A stretch of DNA of 37,726 nt from a virus (Duplodnaviria > Caudoviricetes): the IMG/VR virus record IMGVR_UViG_3300024284_000012, positions 1-37,726 of that record. The stretch is one strand, 5' to 3'. Position 1 is the first letter of the stretch; the number at the start of each line of letters is the position of its first letter. Below are positions 17,105-26,993 of the stretch, one piece after another. The position numbers and the translations under genes are program-made. The notes beneath the pieces are model-generated. The model made no database searches. It was not told the origin of the DNA and saw only the letters and a program-made list of their open reading frames with translations.

Positions 17105-20100
17105 TATGCTCTCCTTGAGTCGTCAATGCGCAGATTGCCGCCCAGCGGCACGAATTGCAGGGATATTCCGTGGAAGATCGAGAGCCCCGGCGTGAGGTCG
17201 AAAATCCCCGGGTCCGAAAAGCGAACACGAATAGCGCCGCCCTCTGGCAACTTCTGCGTTGGCGTCTCCCACCGCCGCAAAAGCGGCTGATTGGGCGCCT
17301 CCAGGTCCACATCCCATTGAAAAGAATCCGGCCATGAGTCCCCGCCATCATAACTTGACTCGATAAAAATTGAGTCGCTTGACACTGCGGTTCCGAAGAG
17401 AGACACGCTCGCTACCTGTCCGTATCCCACCATGCCAAATGGCCGTATATCCGTCGTTTCCACTGAAATAATAGGGAAAGGACCTCCGAAGTCTCTAGCT
17501 ACGCCCAAAGTCTGAATGCCAAAACTGGTCGTGTCTCCCGACATTACAGTAATACCATCCCAAAGGCCGATGCTCTCCATTGCATTATCAAGCCCACCAC
17601 TCGACGGCCTGCAAACGGTCCACTGCCCTATGCCTCTGTCATCTGGATAGTCATAATGGTAGTAAAGCAGCACCGAACTAGATGGAGCTGTCTCGCTGTC
17701 CACCATGAGGAATTCTACACGAGCCTTGTCTGCGCGCCACACTGCCCCGCGGCAGACCGGATTGTCCTGAAGCTCGAGGCGAACGCCGCCGCCTATTGAG
17801 ATAGGGTCTCCGGAGCCTCGAGGCACGAGATAAATGCCGGTACCCCAGTGGTCCGGACCGGTGTAGAAGATACCGGTCTGCGCGATGACGACAGAGCGCG
17901 GCTCAGTGCATCCAGCTGACACCGTGATGAGCTGCGGTGAGGGGAAGGAGCCGTTGCCCGCGTTGTCGGGCCCATCGCCGTAGGCTGCCAGGTAGAGGCC
18001 GTTGGTGGCTAGTGCGTAGAGCTTGCCATCCTGACCGGCGAGACCGTTGATTTTGCCAGCTCCAGGGATGAGGATCTGCAGCGCCTGGTTGTAGCCAGGA
18101 GCCGTGAATTCCGAGAGGACCTTGGTCGCCCAGATGCGCTCAGGATTCTCTCCATCGACGCCCCACAGCCGCTGGGCATGAGTCGTCATGAAGATCGATG
18201 GCGGCGGAGCCGTTGTCGCGAGTTCCCCTCGACCGCCGCCGCTCGTGTACAGAACTTCGTTCACCGAGATGGCTGCATCGGAATAGAAGTCCCCGACTAT
18301 CGTGTCATCTGCGGCAGAAGAATTGTTATTAACTGCCCCAATGGCCATTCGATAGAAGATCGATCCGCCGCCTGTTGTCCGATAGACAATAACTCTAACA
18401 GGCGTTGAGGTGTCCGCGGTTCCAGTGGCCGCCACATTTGTTGGAACCTGCTTCCGGGTGGGGAAGTATGCCGGGAATGTGACCAAAACCTGATTGGTCC
18501 CTGCTGCATATGGAGCGCCGCTCATGTCCACCGTGATGGCCGGACATGCCGGGCTCTGATGCCTATTCCCCTTGGCGTCTGTCCACTCATAAACGGCTCG
18601 ATACTGGAAGATGGCCTGCGGCATATTGCCGCCGATCGCCTGAGGGGCGAGGTTTCCGGCATTCAGAATAGGATAGCTGTAGAAGCTTAGTTCAACGAGC
18701 CGTTGCCCATCGTATGTTAGTGGAGTCCCGCCACCGACAACGACTTCGCTTTGGCATGGCGTACTCAAGAATCGTTGGAAGCCTCGGGCGCGACATACAT
18801 ACGCGGCAACCATGTTCCCACTGATGCTGGAAGCGCCGATATTGATAGCGAAAGTGAATGCAAACTTGCCCGGATCAGCCCCAGATGAGGACAAATCCGC
18901 AACTCCTCCAATGCCAGTCTTGGTATTCTCAGTCTTTAGCGGCACCCTACCAGAAGCCACATGAAATTGAGGGAATGGCCCTTTGCCGGATGTCCCAAAG
19001 TCCAGCATCAGGATATGACTCTGGAAGCCCGTGGCGTCATCGAATCGCGCCGCGCCATACAGATTGCTATCGCGAGTATCCCTGTAGATCTTGGCCGCGA
19101 GCGAATAGTTTGCGTAAACGAGAATAAGCGACATGACGGCATTGGCCGCCATAGAATAACAATATAGATGCCCCCGCGGGTTCGTGCTCAATGTCGTCGA
19201 GGCGTAATTGCTAAAAAGCACCAACGTGGTGGTCGACGACGACTGCCTCATGGCAATCTGCGTAGCTGGCTTGGCATGATCCAGGCCCGGGTCGAAACGC
19301 GAATACTGCGGAGTAGTGAGAGCGGTGTCAATCGACAGGCTTTCCATCCGGAAAGTAGCCGGGTCGTAGCCGGCCCCGCGAATATTCCCAGTCAGAACAT
19401 TGCCGTTTATTGTCAGGCAGCTGGGCGTCCAGTTAATGGCTCCCGCGTTGGCCTGCCAAGCAAAGGTAGCCTGAACTACAGCGGTAGAGTTATATGTGAT
19501 TACTTTGGCGCCCGGTGTATTCACATTGTAGACAAGGACCCATCCGCTAACCATTGGATCTATATCGAAGCATCCGTTGGTGCCCGTGTTCAGGAGATCT
19601 GTGACGAGATTGGCTGCTGCGCCGAATGAAATGGTACTAGCGGCTAGATTAGCGCTAGAAAACTTAATGTTTGCGCCTGACTTCCAGAGCACGAATACAA
19701 CGCTAGAGCCTCCGCTTACTACTGCTCTCGGTTGAATATTGAAGTCTGTCCCGGCCGCCAGGAGCTGATGGCTGATCACTCGGCCATTTTTGCCGGTACC
19801 CGCCGTCATGTCGATCACATCGACAAATATAGAATTCAATGTTGATGTAACATCTACCTGATCGTAGACGACAACCAAAAGTCCATTCGCGTATGCGCAA
19901 TCACAGAACAGTATCGCTCCCGTCTCATCCGCGGCGATCCCCTCAACATCTTCCAGTGTGGCGCGTATCGTAGATGTCTGCCCGTCTAGTCCAGCCTCAC
20001 TAATCTTGTTGATCGTCGGGAAATGCACGAAGGCATTGCTATCCGTGAAGATGAGCCGCTCATTAGATGGCATTTGCGCAACGCGGCGCACTGGCTTCGT

Positions 20101-20295
20101 GATGGAATTGGTCTTCGAGTAGGTCGCTATCCCGATGTTCTCGAATCCGTCACGCTTGACCAGCCGATGTAGCTCGTCGAACTCCACCTCATCGCAGTGG
20201 ACGAGCGAGCCAGGCGGCGCCGTGGTCGAATTCAAGTCCTGCCGGGCTCCGCCGGAGAACAGAATATCGACCGATTGCGCCTTGTCGTTGTTCAC
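17104..20295 (-). CDS. Tail nozzle or stabilisation protein (T7 gp12 / P22 gp10-like position)
   Basis: 1063 aa, beta-rich; PPGSLVHCDEVEFD...LVKRDG N-terminus; YRAVYEWTDAKG; HAQRLWG; lies between the adaptor and the ejection genes. Confidence 0.75.
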   Translation of the reverse strand: MNNDKAQSVDILFSGGARQDLNSTTAPPGSLVHCDEVEFDELHRLVKRDGFENIGIATYSKTNSITKPVRRVAQMPSNERLIFTDSNAFVHFPTINKISEAGLDGQTSTIRATLEDVEGIAADETGAILFCDCAYANGLLVVVYDQVDVTSTLNSIFVDVIDMTAGTGKNGRVISHQLLAAGTDFNIQPRAVVSGGSSVVFVLWKSGANIKFSSANLAASTISFGAAANLVTDLLNTGTNGCFDIDPMVSGWVLVYNVNTPGAKVITYNSTAVVQATFAWQANAGAINWTPSCLTINGNVLTGNIRGAGYDPATFRMESLSIDTALTTPQYSRFDPGLDHAKPATQIAMRQSSSTTTLVLFSNYASTTLSTNPRGHLYCYSMAANAVMSLILVYANYSLAAKIYRDTRDSNLYGAARFDDATGFQSHILMLDFGTSGKGPFPQFHVASGRVPLKTENTKTGIGGVADLSSSGADPGKFAFTFAINIGASSISGNMVAAYVCRARGFQRFLSTPCQSEVVVGGGTPLTYDGQRLVELSFYSYPILNAGNLAPQAIGGNMPQAIFQYRAVYEWTDAKGNRHQSPACPAITVDMSGAPYAAGTNQVLVTFPAYFPTRKQVPTNVAATGTADTSTPVRVIVYRTTGGGSIFYRMAIGAVNNNSSAADDTIVGDFYSDAAISVNEVLYTSGGGRGELATTAPPPSIFMTTHAQRLWGVDGENPERIWATKVLSEFTAPGYNQALQILIPGAGKINGLAGQDGKLYALATNGLYLAAYGDGPDNAGNGSFPSPQLITVSAGCTEPRSVVIAQTGIFYTGPDHWGTGIYLVPRGSGDPISIGGGVRLELQDNPVCRGAVWRADKARVEFLMVDSETAPSSSVLLYYHYDYPDDRGIGQWTVCRPSSGGLDNAMESIGLWDGITVMSGDTTSFGIQTLGVARDFGGPFPIISVETTDIRPFGMVGYGQVASVSLFGTAVSSDSIFIESSYDGGDSWPDSFQWDVDLEAPNQPLLRRWETPTQKLPEGGAIRVRFSDPGIFDLTPGLSIFHGISLQFVPLGGNLRIDDSRRA

Positions 20296-20828
20296 GATGC
20301 TTTCTTAGTGGGCAGCTCGAACTCGAATAGAACGAAGTCGCCGGCGGCCAACACCGCTAACCCGGCGCCAAGGATCAAAGCTGTCCCATCCGTTCCGAGG
20401 ACCCCTGCCGTCCCTCGCCCAGTGAAAGCCCCGGCGATGAACCCGCCCATAGAAACGAAGAACGGGGCCGCGTCTCCACTAAGCGGGAATTGCATAGAAT
20501 TGACATCAAAGACGAGATTCGGAGGCGGGACGATCTGAATGGCTGCCGCAGCAAATGATGTCGTCGTGCCTACCTGCAGAAGTATCCTGAATCCGGCGTT
20601 GTCTAGTCCTACCCTGCGCCATTGTCCGCCGATGTGACCGTTCCCGATAGCGGAAGGAGTTAACCCGACCCCGGTAAGAGGGATCCACTTCCCGACTACA
20701 TCGCCGTCGTTCCGATCGAGGGCATCGAACTTGTCGGCGGTACGCTGCTCGAGCAACGCCAGGGCCCTTCCGAGCGAAGCGTCGCCAGGGAAATGCCCCT
20801 GCCGAGGGAAGGCCCCGCCAGTCCTCAT
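20292..20828 (-). CDS. Probable tail-associated structural protein
   Basis: ATG 20828 overlaps the adaptor stop; beta-rich. Confidence 0.65.
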   Translation of the reverse strand: MRTGGAFPRQGHFPGDASLGRALALLEQRTADKFDALDRNDGDVVGKWIPLTGVGLTPSAIGNGHIGGQWRRVGLDNAGFRILLQVGTTTSFAAAAIQIVPPPNLVFDVNSMQFPLSGDAAPFFVSMGGFIAGAFTGRGTAGVLGTDGTALILGAGLAVLAAGDFVLFEFELPTKKAS

Positions 20829-21595
20829 GTGCCCCACCAGTGGCCTCTGGTGAAGCGCATCATGCGGTTCCTGAGGGCCTCAGTGTTGATGCGACGGCCA
20901 GGTCCGTCCATCGTGGCAAACTTGAACTTCATCTGGGCTTCCATTTCATCCCTGGAAGCCTGAAGAGCGGCATAAGCTGGCGCTACATTCGCGTCTCGCT
21001 GGAGGCAGTACAGACACGCCTCTAGCACCACGAATTCTTCGAAGCCCGCACGGCCGTCGAATGTGTCGTTGTCGCCCACTAGGTCGGCAATCTCCGGCAC
21101 ATACCAGACCTCGTATTGATACGCCGCATCAGCGGCCGGGACGACTTGCGCGATATGCGCTCCGGCGGCATTGGTCCCGACGATGCGGAAGAACATCGGC
21201 TGTCCCTTGCCGTTGCCTTGCATCCAGATTGGCGAGTCCTTGAACATGTTCCGTTCGGCTCGCTCGAAGTTGAGCAGCGATACGGTCGACCCGCCGATCA
21301 CGATATCGATCCCGATGAGCTGATAGAACGCTGTAGGCAACGTGACGTATTGATTTGGCGCCCAGCCAGAAGCGTCGACGGCCTCAGATGTGCCCATCGT
21401 CTGAAGACCGGTACGCTGCATGTACCACTCCTGCCCTCCGGCGCCGGTAACGATGGTGATATAACGCTGGATTGCCTGGTTGATAAAGCGGTTCAGGCGA
21501 GCGCTGGGAAAGCGTCCGCCTGCACCGCCATCAACGATGTCCGCCTTAGCGCAGACATCTCCTCTCAGCTCTGCGAGAGTTCGCGTTCGGGACAT
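20825..21595 (-). CDS. Head-tail adaptor protein
   Basis: TLAELRGDV...LNRFINQAIQR...VTLPTAFYQL pattern of podovirus adaptors; synteny. Confidence 0.75.
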   Translation of the reverse strand: MSRTRTLAELRGDVCAKADIVDGGAGGRFPSARLNRFINQAIQRYITIVTGAGGQEWYMQRTGLQTMGTSEAVDASGWAPNQYVTLPTAFYQLIGIDIVIGGSTVSLLNFERAERNMFKDSPIWMQGNGKGQPMFFRIVGTNAAGAHIAQVVPAADAAYQYEVWYVPEIADLVGDNDTFDGRAGFEEFVVLEACLYCLQRDANVAPAYAALQASRDEMEAQMKFKFATMDGPGRRINTEALRNRMMRFTRGHWWGT

Positions 21596-21831
21596 CAGTA
21601 CCCTTCAGCTTCGGTCGCTTCCTCTCCCGCGGTCTGAGGGCCTTCGCCGGATTCTTCGTCATTACACATTTTGATGAACTCGTGCAGCGCTTCTCCACGA
21701 GTATCAGCATCCAATGTATCGTCGAAGATGGTTTGGGCTAAGGCCTTATAGTCTTCGCCCATTCCGCCGGCATCCTTGCCCTTCGGTTTCCCGAAGAGCA
21801 TGGCGATATCCACTTTCGGCTTATCGGCCAT
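21595..21831 (-). CDS. Small acidic hypothetical protein
   Basis: Coupled to both neighbours. Confidence 0.65.
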   Translation of the reverse strand: MADKPKVDIAMLFGKPKGKDAGGMGEDYKALAQTIFDDTLDADTRGEALHEFIKMCNDEESGEGPQTAGEEATEAEGY

Positions 21832-22340
21832 TACGGTCCGCTGCCTCCCTGTGGATTGCCTACAGTGAAGGCAATGTATTCAATGCTCACGCAATCCCCA
21901 TTTGAGAGGTCCGAGATAGTCCCGGATGCGGTATGCGAATTGAACTGGATGTACCCGGTCGCAATATCCCGCTTGACGGTGTTGAGTTGCCTCGGACCCG
22001 TCGTGCAGAGCTCCATCCAGCAATCAATGACCCCGTTAGGCGCCGGCTGGAACTGGAACTCATAGAGACCGGCCGATACCCTGCGAAGGGTAGAGCCCAT
22101 CTCATTCCGGAAGTAGAGCGGGACCCCGGACGGGACCCCGTTGATTGAGTTGGTCGGCATCGGCAGCCATCCGCTCGGAGCCGGCAGGCCAGTGGCCGAA
22201 CCGGTTCCAATCGGATTGAGAGGGAGGCCACCCGTCGCAATCGGGAAGGTCGACACCTTGGACCTAGATCCTTGGTGCGCTGCCCGATAGTCGAAGTAGC
22301 TTCCTTCTGATGCGGTGCCGAGTGGGCTGTAGTTGGGCAT
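21831..22340 (-). CDS. Probable capsid decoration or structural protein
   Basis: Directly follows the capsid gene; GGGAG SD. Confidence 0.6.
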   Translation of the reverse strand: MPNYSPLGTASEGSYFDYRAAHQGSRSKVSTFPIATGGLPLNPIGTGSATGLPAPSGWLPMPTNSINGVPSGVPLYFRNEMGSTLRRVSAGLYEFQFQPAPNGVIDCWMELCTTGPRQLNTVKRDIATGYIQFNSHTASGTISDLSNGDCVSIEYIAFTVGNPQGGSGP

Positions 22341-22364
22341 CTATTTATCTCCCGTTGGCACCTC

Positions 22365-23618
22365 TCAGGCGATCGGAACGAAGCCCGAGAATCCGGGCGC
22401 ATTGCAGCTCATCTCAGGATACGACTTGAGACGGTACTCATAGTCGTTCGTCGTTCCCTGGCGGAGCAGCGTGAGCCCGTCGACATTGACCGGCGAGATG
22501 AGTGGTCCGTACGATCCCAGAACGAAGTTATCCATCCGGAGGATGAACGCCGATCCCTGCGGCATGTACGGGTCGGAGAAGGTCTTGATTTCCTTGCCGC
22601 CAGCAATGACGTTGATGTACTTGAAACCGAACTTCGTCTCGTCGTCAGTCAGCGGCCTTTCCCCGCGGTTCTGGCAGCTCAGATTGAGCTTGTGCCAGTC
22701 TTCGGGGTGTAGCCATGCCTCGTAGTCACCGCCCTGGGTCATGGCGCGGTAACGGCCTTGCATGTAGGCGCCAAGGAGCTGGAGGCGCTCCTCGATGCCC
22801 TTGCCGTTGACATCCGAGACCGGCATCTTGCATCCCGAAAGACGCTGGACGTCGGTCAACGCGCCGCTACGAGTGACGCCCCAGAGGGTTCCGGGAGAGT
22901 CGCTTGCAGTGATATACGCCTGTACTCCGTGGAGGAGCAGCGTTCCTGTATTTGCCACAGCATTGCCGAGACGGAACAGGAAGTCGCCCACCACTAGGCC
23001 AGTGATGCCGCCGACGCTGTTGAGCGTTACGGTGCCGTTCTTGCGGTCAGCGCTCGAGACGAAGGTCGAACCCGTGCGCGGAGTCGTGCCGGTATTCGTG
23101 CCATCGTCCGCACAGGCCATGACGAACTCGTTGACCTCAAAGTTGAAGACGTCTTGAGGCTTGGTGAGCGTGACCGTATTCGAGGAAATCGACGCGACCT
23201 GTCCGATAGCGCCACCGCCATTTCGCCAAAGCGAGATGGCAATGTCATTAGCGAACGATTCGTACAGACCCTCAATTTCAGTCTTCTTGTTCTCGAGAAA
23301 CGCGCCCATGTTGTTACGGGATGCCATGATGACCTTATCGCCGATGAGTGTGCTACCGAAGTAGTTACCCATGGAGATGAGCCACTTGACGCCAGCAACG
23401 GCCGATTGAGCCGTCTGCGCATTCGCGAGAGTACCCGCCGAGATGCCCTGCGGGTTCGTGATGAGGATCGGTACGGTCCAGATGTCGCCGGAGACGTCTT
23501 CGTTCGTCTTGATGCGAGAGAAGAACGGCTTACCAGCGCGTGTGAGGTCTTCGACTTTTTGCGGATTGAAATAGTTCTTGAGAAACGCGGTGAATCCCGC
23601 GATCGTTGAGCCAGCCAT
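22365..23618 (-). CDS. Major capsid protein
   Basis: 417 aa, follows the scaffold; strongly biased codons; composition and C-terminus (EMSCNAPG) resemble HK97-fold podoviral capsids. Confidence 0.82.
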   Translation of the reverse strand: MAGSTIAGFTAFLKNYFNPQKVEDLTRAGKPFFSRIKTNEDVSGDIWTVPILITNPQGISAGTLANAQTAQSAVAGVKWLISMGNYFGSTLIGDKVIMASRNNMGAFLENKKTEIEGLYESFANDIAISLWRNGGGAIGQVASISSNTVTLTKPQDVFNFEVNEFVMACADDGTNTGTTPRTGSTFVSSADRKNGTVTLNSVGGITGLVVGDFLFRLGNAVANTGTLLLHGVQAYITASDSPGTLWGVTRSGALTDVQRLSGCKMPVSDVNGKGIEERLQLLGAYMQGRYRAMTQGGDYEAWLHPEDWHKLNLSCQNRGERPLTDDETKFGFKYINVIAGGKEIKTFSDPYMPQGSAFILRMDNFVLGSYGPLISPVNVDGLTLLRQGTTNDYEYRLKSYPEMSCNAPGFSGFVPIA

Positions 23619-23624
23619 ATGAGG

Positions 23625-23643
23625 AACTCCAAAGTATGGAGCC
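23625..23643 (-). promoter_or_regulatory. Hairpin covering the capsid Shine-Dalgarno
   Basis: mRNA GGCUCCA-UACUU-UGGAGUU; the GGAG sits in the 3' arm upstream of ATG 23618. Confidence 0.45.
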
Positions 23644-23656
23644 GCTCAGCTTGGCG

Positions 23657-24766
23657 CTATGTTCGTTCCAAGAACATCGGATCGGTCTTCGCCGCCTCTT
23701 CCATCAGGCGCGCGTAATGTCGAACCATGTCCTTTTCAGTTTTGAACGTGTTAGCCCCAGCTTCAGCGGTCCGGTTTTGGGATACTGCAGGGGCGGCTTT
23801 CTTAAATTTGCCGTCACTGCTCCTCACACCATTGCGGCTGGTGGCGCCGGACTCGCTATTTCGGCTAGCGGTGCCGTTCGCGGGCTTTTTAGCGGCTGCC
23901 CGGTCGCCGATCGCCTTTTTTAGGAAGGCAGAATCCTTGTGGAGTTCGAAGTAATCGCCCCAAGCTTGCCATTTCTCGTAAACGTTCTTCACGAGCTTGG
24001 CGGCAGCCTCGGCCGTAGGCAAAACTTCGCCTTCCTTGCCGTGGTGCTCCATCTGAACGGCGTAAATCGAGTTCGGAACGCCGTCAGTTGCCTCAAGCAT
24101 GCCCTTTAGGGCCTCATCTTCCTCGCCGGAGAGTTCTTCCTCGATGTTGGAGAGCCATTGCTTCTCCATTTCGGCGCGCTCTTGCTGTTGCTGGCGCTGC
24201 TGCCAGCCTTTTTGCTGCTCCTCTTGCTGCCGGCGCTCCTCTTCGCGCTCGGCTCTCAGCTTCCGGACCTCCCGATAGATGCCCGGGCTCTGCGCAGCCT
24301 TGAGAGCCTCATCCTGGAGAGTCTTCCAGTCTTTGATGGCCGCATTCCCGGTGATTTTTGCGACTGCTTGCGCAATTCCCTCGAAGTCGCCCGCGTCGAC
24401 AGCCTCGGCTAAGGCCTGATGGGGCGCATACTTCTCGGCAATCCCATTCAGCTTCTGTCGTTCCTGCTGGATGTAGGTCTGGAACTCTTTTTCGCGCGCC
24501 TCAGCCTTCTGCCGAAGCTTCATCCGCTCGCGAACCAGATCCCGGACGCCTCCGCCCAGATCCTTTTCCTCAGGCTCGTCCTTCGGCTCTTCCTTGGCCT
24601 TTGCCGCCTTCTCCTTGCCCTTAGGAGCGGGTTTCTCTTCCGCTGGAGACGCAGGTTCATCCTCAGCCGGAGGCGCAGCCAGGCCTGCCTTGATGTCCTC
24701 CTCGAGGGAGATGCCCCCTATCTCAGCTTGAGCGGCTTCCCACGCGGCGGCTACATCAGCATCCAT
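23657..24766 (-). CDS. Capsid scaffolding protein
   Basis: Highly charged, E/K/Q coiled coil, acidic and Pro-rich N-terminus; between portal and capsid. Confidence 0.78.
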   Translation of the reverse strand: MDADVAAAWEAAQAEIGGISLEEDIKAGLAAPPAEDEPASPAEEKPAPKGKEKAAKAKEEPKDEPEEKDLGGGVRDLVRERMKLRQKAEAREKEFQTYIQQERQKLNGIAEKYAPHQALAEAVDAGDFEGIAQAVAKITGNAAIKDWKTLQDEALKAAQSPGIYREVRKLRAEREEERRQQEEQQKGWQQRQQQQERAEMEKQWLSNIEEELSGEEDEALKGMLEATDGVPNSIYAVQMEHHGKEGEVLPTAEAAAKLVKNVYEKWQAWGDYFELHKDSAFLKKAIGDRAAAKKPANGTASRNSESGATSRNGVRSSDGKFKKAAPAVSQNRTAEAGANTFKTEKDMVRHYARLMEEAAKTDPMFLERT

Positions 24767-24777
24767 TGGCGATTATC

Positions 24778-25041
24778 CTACTTGACATTTGCCGAAGTCG
24801 CAAGCGGCGGCACTTCCAGGTCGGGTATGTCGTACATGAGAGCAGCCAGCTTCCGGGTCTCTCGCTCCAGGAATTTCCCCATATTATCTCGGGAATTGAG
24901 CTCCACGTCGCATGGCACAGAATAGACCTTCCCGCTCGGCAAAAGCATCTTCAGCTCATCGCCGACAACCACGAATGTCAGCCTGTCATCCCGAAAGAAC
25001 CGCCGGATGAATGCCTCGTAGTTTTTAGGAACGTTTCTCAT
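24778..25041 (-). CDS. Hypothetical protein
   Basis: ATGA-coupled to the portal stop. Confidence 0.65.
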   Translation of the reverse strand: MRNVPKNYEAFIRRFFRDDRLTFVVVGDELKMLLPSGKVYSVPCDVELNSRDNMGKFLERETRKLAALMYDIPDLEVPPLATSANVK

Positions 25042-26954
25042 GCGGCCAACGGCGCCCCTGATTGAGCCCCTGGAGCAGTCGGCATTGCGGCTCCTGGCGC
25101 AGCAATCATGCCTGGAGCCTCGGGACTTCCCATCTGCTGGGGCGCCGGCGCGATGAGCTTATCGAGCTGCTGAATCCAGCGCTCAAGTAGGCCTAGGCAG
25201 TATATCGGCGCCTTGTCGCGTCTGGCTTCCCAATATGTCGAGACGGCTAGCCACATAGCTGCTGGCTTATTGATAATGAACGGCTCGGGGGCCTCATAGC
25301 CGCCATTATCCTCGAGCTCCGAGTCATCCATAGAATCGAGGTAGCGATCGAAGAGCTCCTCAAGGAATTCGCGCTCTGCCGTCTCGCGATTCATCAGGCC
25401 TTCGAGGTCTGGCAGCTGGGCCATCTGAAGGAAAGTCTCGCGATTGATGATTCCGCCCTGATGCAAGTCCTGCGCTATCTGCAGCTGCATTGCCGGATCG
25501 CGCCAGAGGGCAGATATCGTCTTGATGCGGATCTCGTACATGTCATCCTCGAGCGACACGTCTTTCCAGTCGAGTTCCTGCAAGAAGCGTTTGCCAGGCC
25601 AACGAACGAGGAATCCGTTGTGCTCCTTGGCGACACGCTTCGTGGCCCGCACGATGAGGCGCCCGAGAGTCGCGAAGGATTCCTCGTAGGCTCTAGCCTT
25701 GGGCATGAACCGCTGCGAGCCTAGGTCTGTCTCCGCCTCAATGGCGACGGCCGCGGTCAGGCCCTTGCTCTTCGTCGCGCCGGCGGTTTGCATCGAAACG
25801 CCGCAGAACTGGAAGTATTTCTGAATATTCCCGTCAATCCACTCGAATTCCTGAGGAGAGACGGGCTGCGTAGGCTCCTCAATGGGCTTTCGAGTGAGGT
25901 CTTTGAGGGGGATATGGACTTCACTCTCGCCTCCGACCACAAGATGGTTCGGGTCAAGCGCATCTGGGTCGTAATAAACGCGCCGCGTAGCGCATATTTG
26001 CATACGCCGAGCAGCGCCCATCGCCGATTCGTTCAGGATGACGTGCTGTACCTGGTGCGCCTCGATGAGCCCTGTAGCCCAAAAACCTACAGTATCGTAC
26101 TCCCAGGCGAGCATGACGAACGGGAACTCAGGCTCGAGCCAGTCTTCCTCGAAAAGAATGGCGCCTTCCACACAGATGACATGCTTTCCCGGCATGTCAT
26201 CGGATAGCGGCAGGCGCCAAGCTTCATTGATTATAAGGGCCTCGATGATCTTCGTGGAATCTGAGCGAGGCTTTTGCGCCGAGAGAATGCCCCGGTAAAT
26301 CTCTAAGTTTTCCTCATTGTCGACTGGCTCGCCATCGTCGTCGAATTCGACGAAGGTTTCCATGGCGATATCGGTCTCCATCGAATAACGATGGAAGAGA
26401 TTCTGTGGAGCTCCATAACGAGCCTCACGAGGATCGACGAAGACCTCCCAGGGGAAAACCCGCTCGACGAGAATCTTCTTCCGATTCACATCGGGCGTCA
26501 CCTTCGCCAGGCCGACCCCGAGCTTTGCCGAGTCGTGGAATACCTCGGTCATCAGCTCCCAGCAATTGGCGTAGCGCCCCTGCCGCTGGGTCATCTGGCC
26601 TTCGACGTATTTGTCGGCCTTCTTCGCCTTACGTCGAGCGCGCCAGTCGCCTCCGCTGGTTACGAAGATGGGCTTCGGCTTCTGCCGTCCAGCGATATCC
26701 GCCTTCGCCGTGTCGCAAGCCGATCGCGATACGTTGTAGATTGGCGACTCGTAGACTACATCGATGTTGCAGTAATACGAGGCCTCATCAAGCAGCACCG
26801 CCCGCCCCTCGTAGTGCCGAAGGGCGGACGTGTATCGTGTGCGCCGGACGCCATCAGACTGCTCTAGAGTCGTGCAAATCGCCGAGACTTGATTCGCAAG
26901 CTCGTGCCCCTTGAGCTTCCACCAACGGTTCGTCTGGATGGGGGATGCCGCCAC
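25038..26954 (-). CDS. Portal protein
   Basis: 638 aa downstream of TerL; ERVFPWEVFVDP, FPFVMLAW motifs; P/A-rich tail. Confidence 0.85.
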   Translation of the reverse strand: MAASPIQTNRWWKLKGHELANQVSAICTTLEQSDGVRRTRYTSALRHYEGRAVLLDEASYYCNIDVVYESPIYNVSRSACDTAKADIAGRQKPKPIFVTSGGDWRARRKAKKADKYVEGQMTQRQGRYANCWELMTEVFHDSAKLGVGLAKVTPDVNRKKILVERVFPWEVFVDPREARYGAPQNLFHRYSMETDIAMETFVEFDDDGEPVDNEENLEIYRGILSAQKPRSDSTKIIEALIINEAWRLPLSDDMPGKHVICVEGAILFEEDWLEPEFPFVMLAWEYDTVGFWATGLIEAHQVQHVILNESAMGAARRMQICATRRVYYDPDALDPNHLVVGGESEVHIPLKDLTRKPIEEPTQPVSPQEFEWIDGNIQKYFQFCGVSMQTAGATKSKGLTAAVAIEAETDLGSQRFMPKARAYEESFATLGRLIVRATKRVAKEHNGFLVRWPGKRFLQELDWKDVSLEDDMYEIRIKTISALWRDPAMQLQIAQDLHQGGIINRETFLQMAQLPDLEGLMNRETAEREFLEELFDRYLDSMDDSELEDNGGYEAPEPFIINKPAAMWLAVSTYWEARRDKAPIYCLGLLERWIQQLDKLIAPAPQQMGSPEAPGMIAAPGAAMPTAPGAQSGAPLAA

Positions 26955-26993
26955 TGAGGCGACAGGCTAGCACGCCTCAGACAGAAAAGTAAA
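26954..26993 (-). promoter_or_regulatory. Putative portal promoter within an 8-bp inverted repeat
   Basis: CTGAGGCG (26954-26961) / CGCCTCAG (26973-26980); the loop holds TGc-TAGCCT extended -10, 9 nt before GTG; no SD. Confidence 0.45.

Noticed and set aside
22341-22364. Terminator or programmed frameshift after the major capsid gene
   Set aside because: Only a 24-nt gap containing an SD; no hairpin with U tract and no slippery heptamer seen
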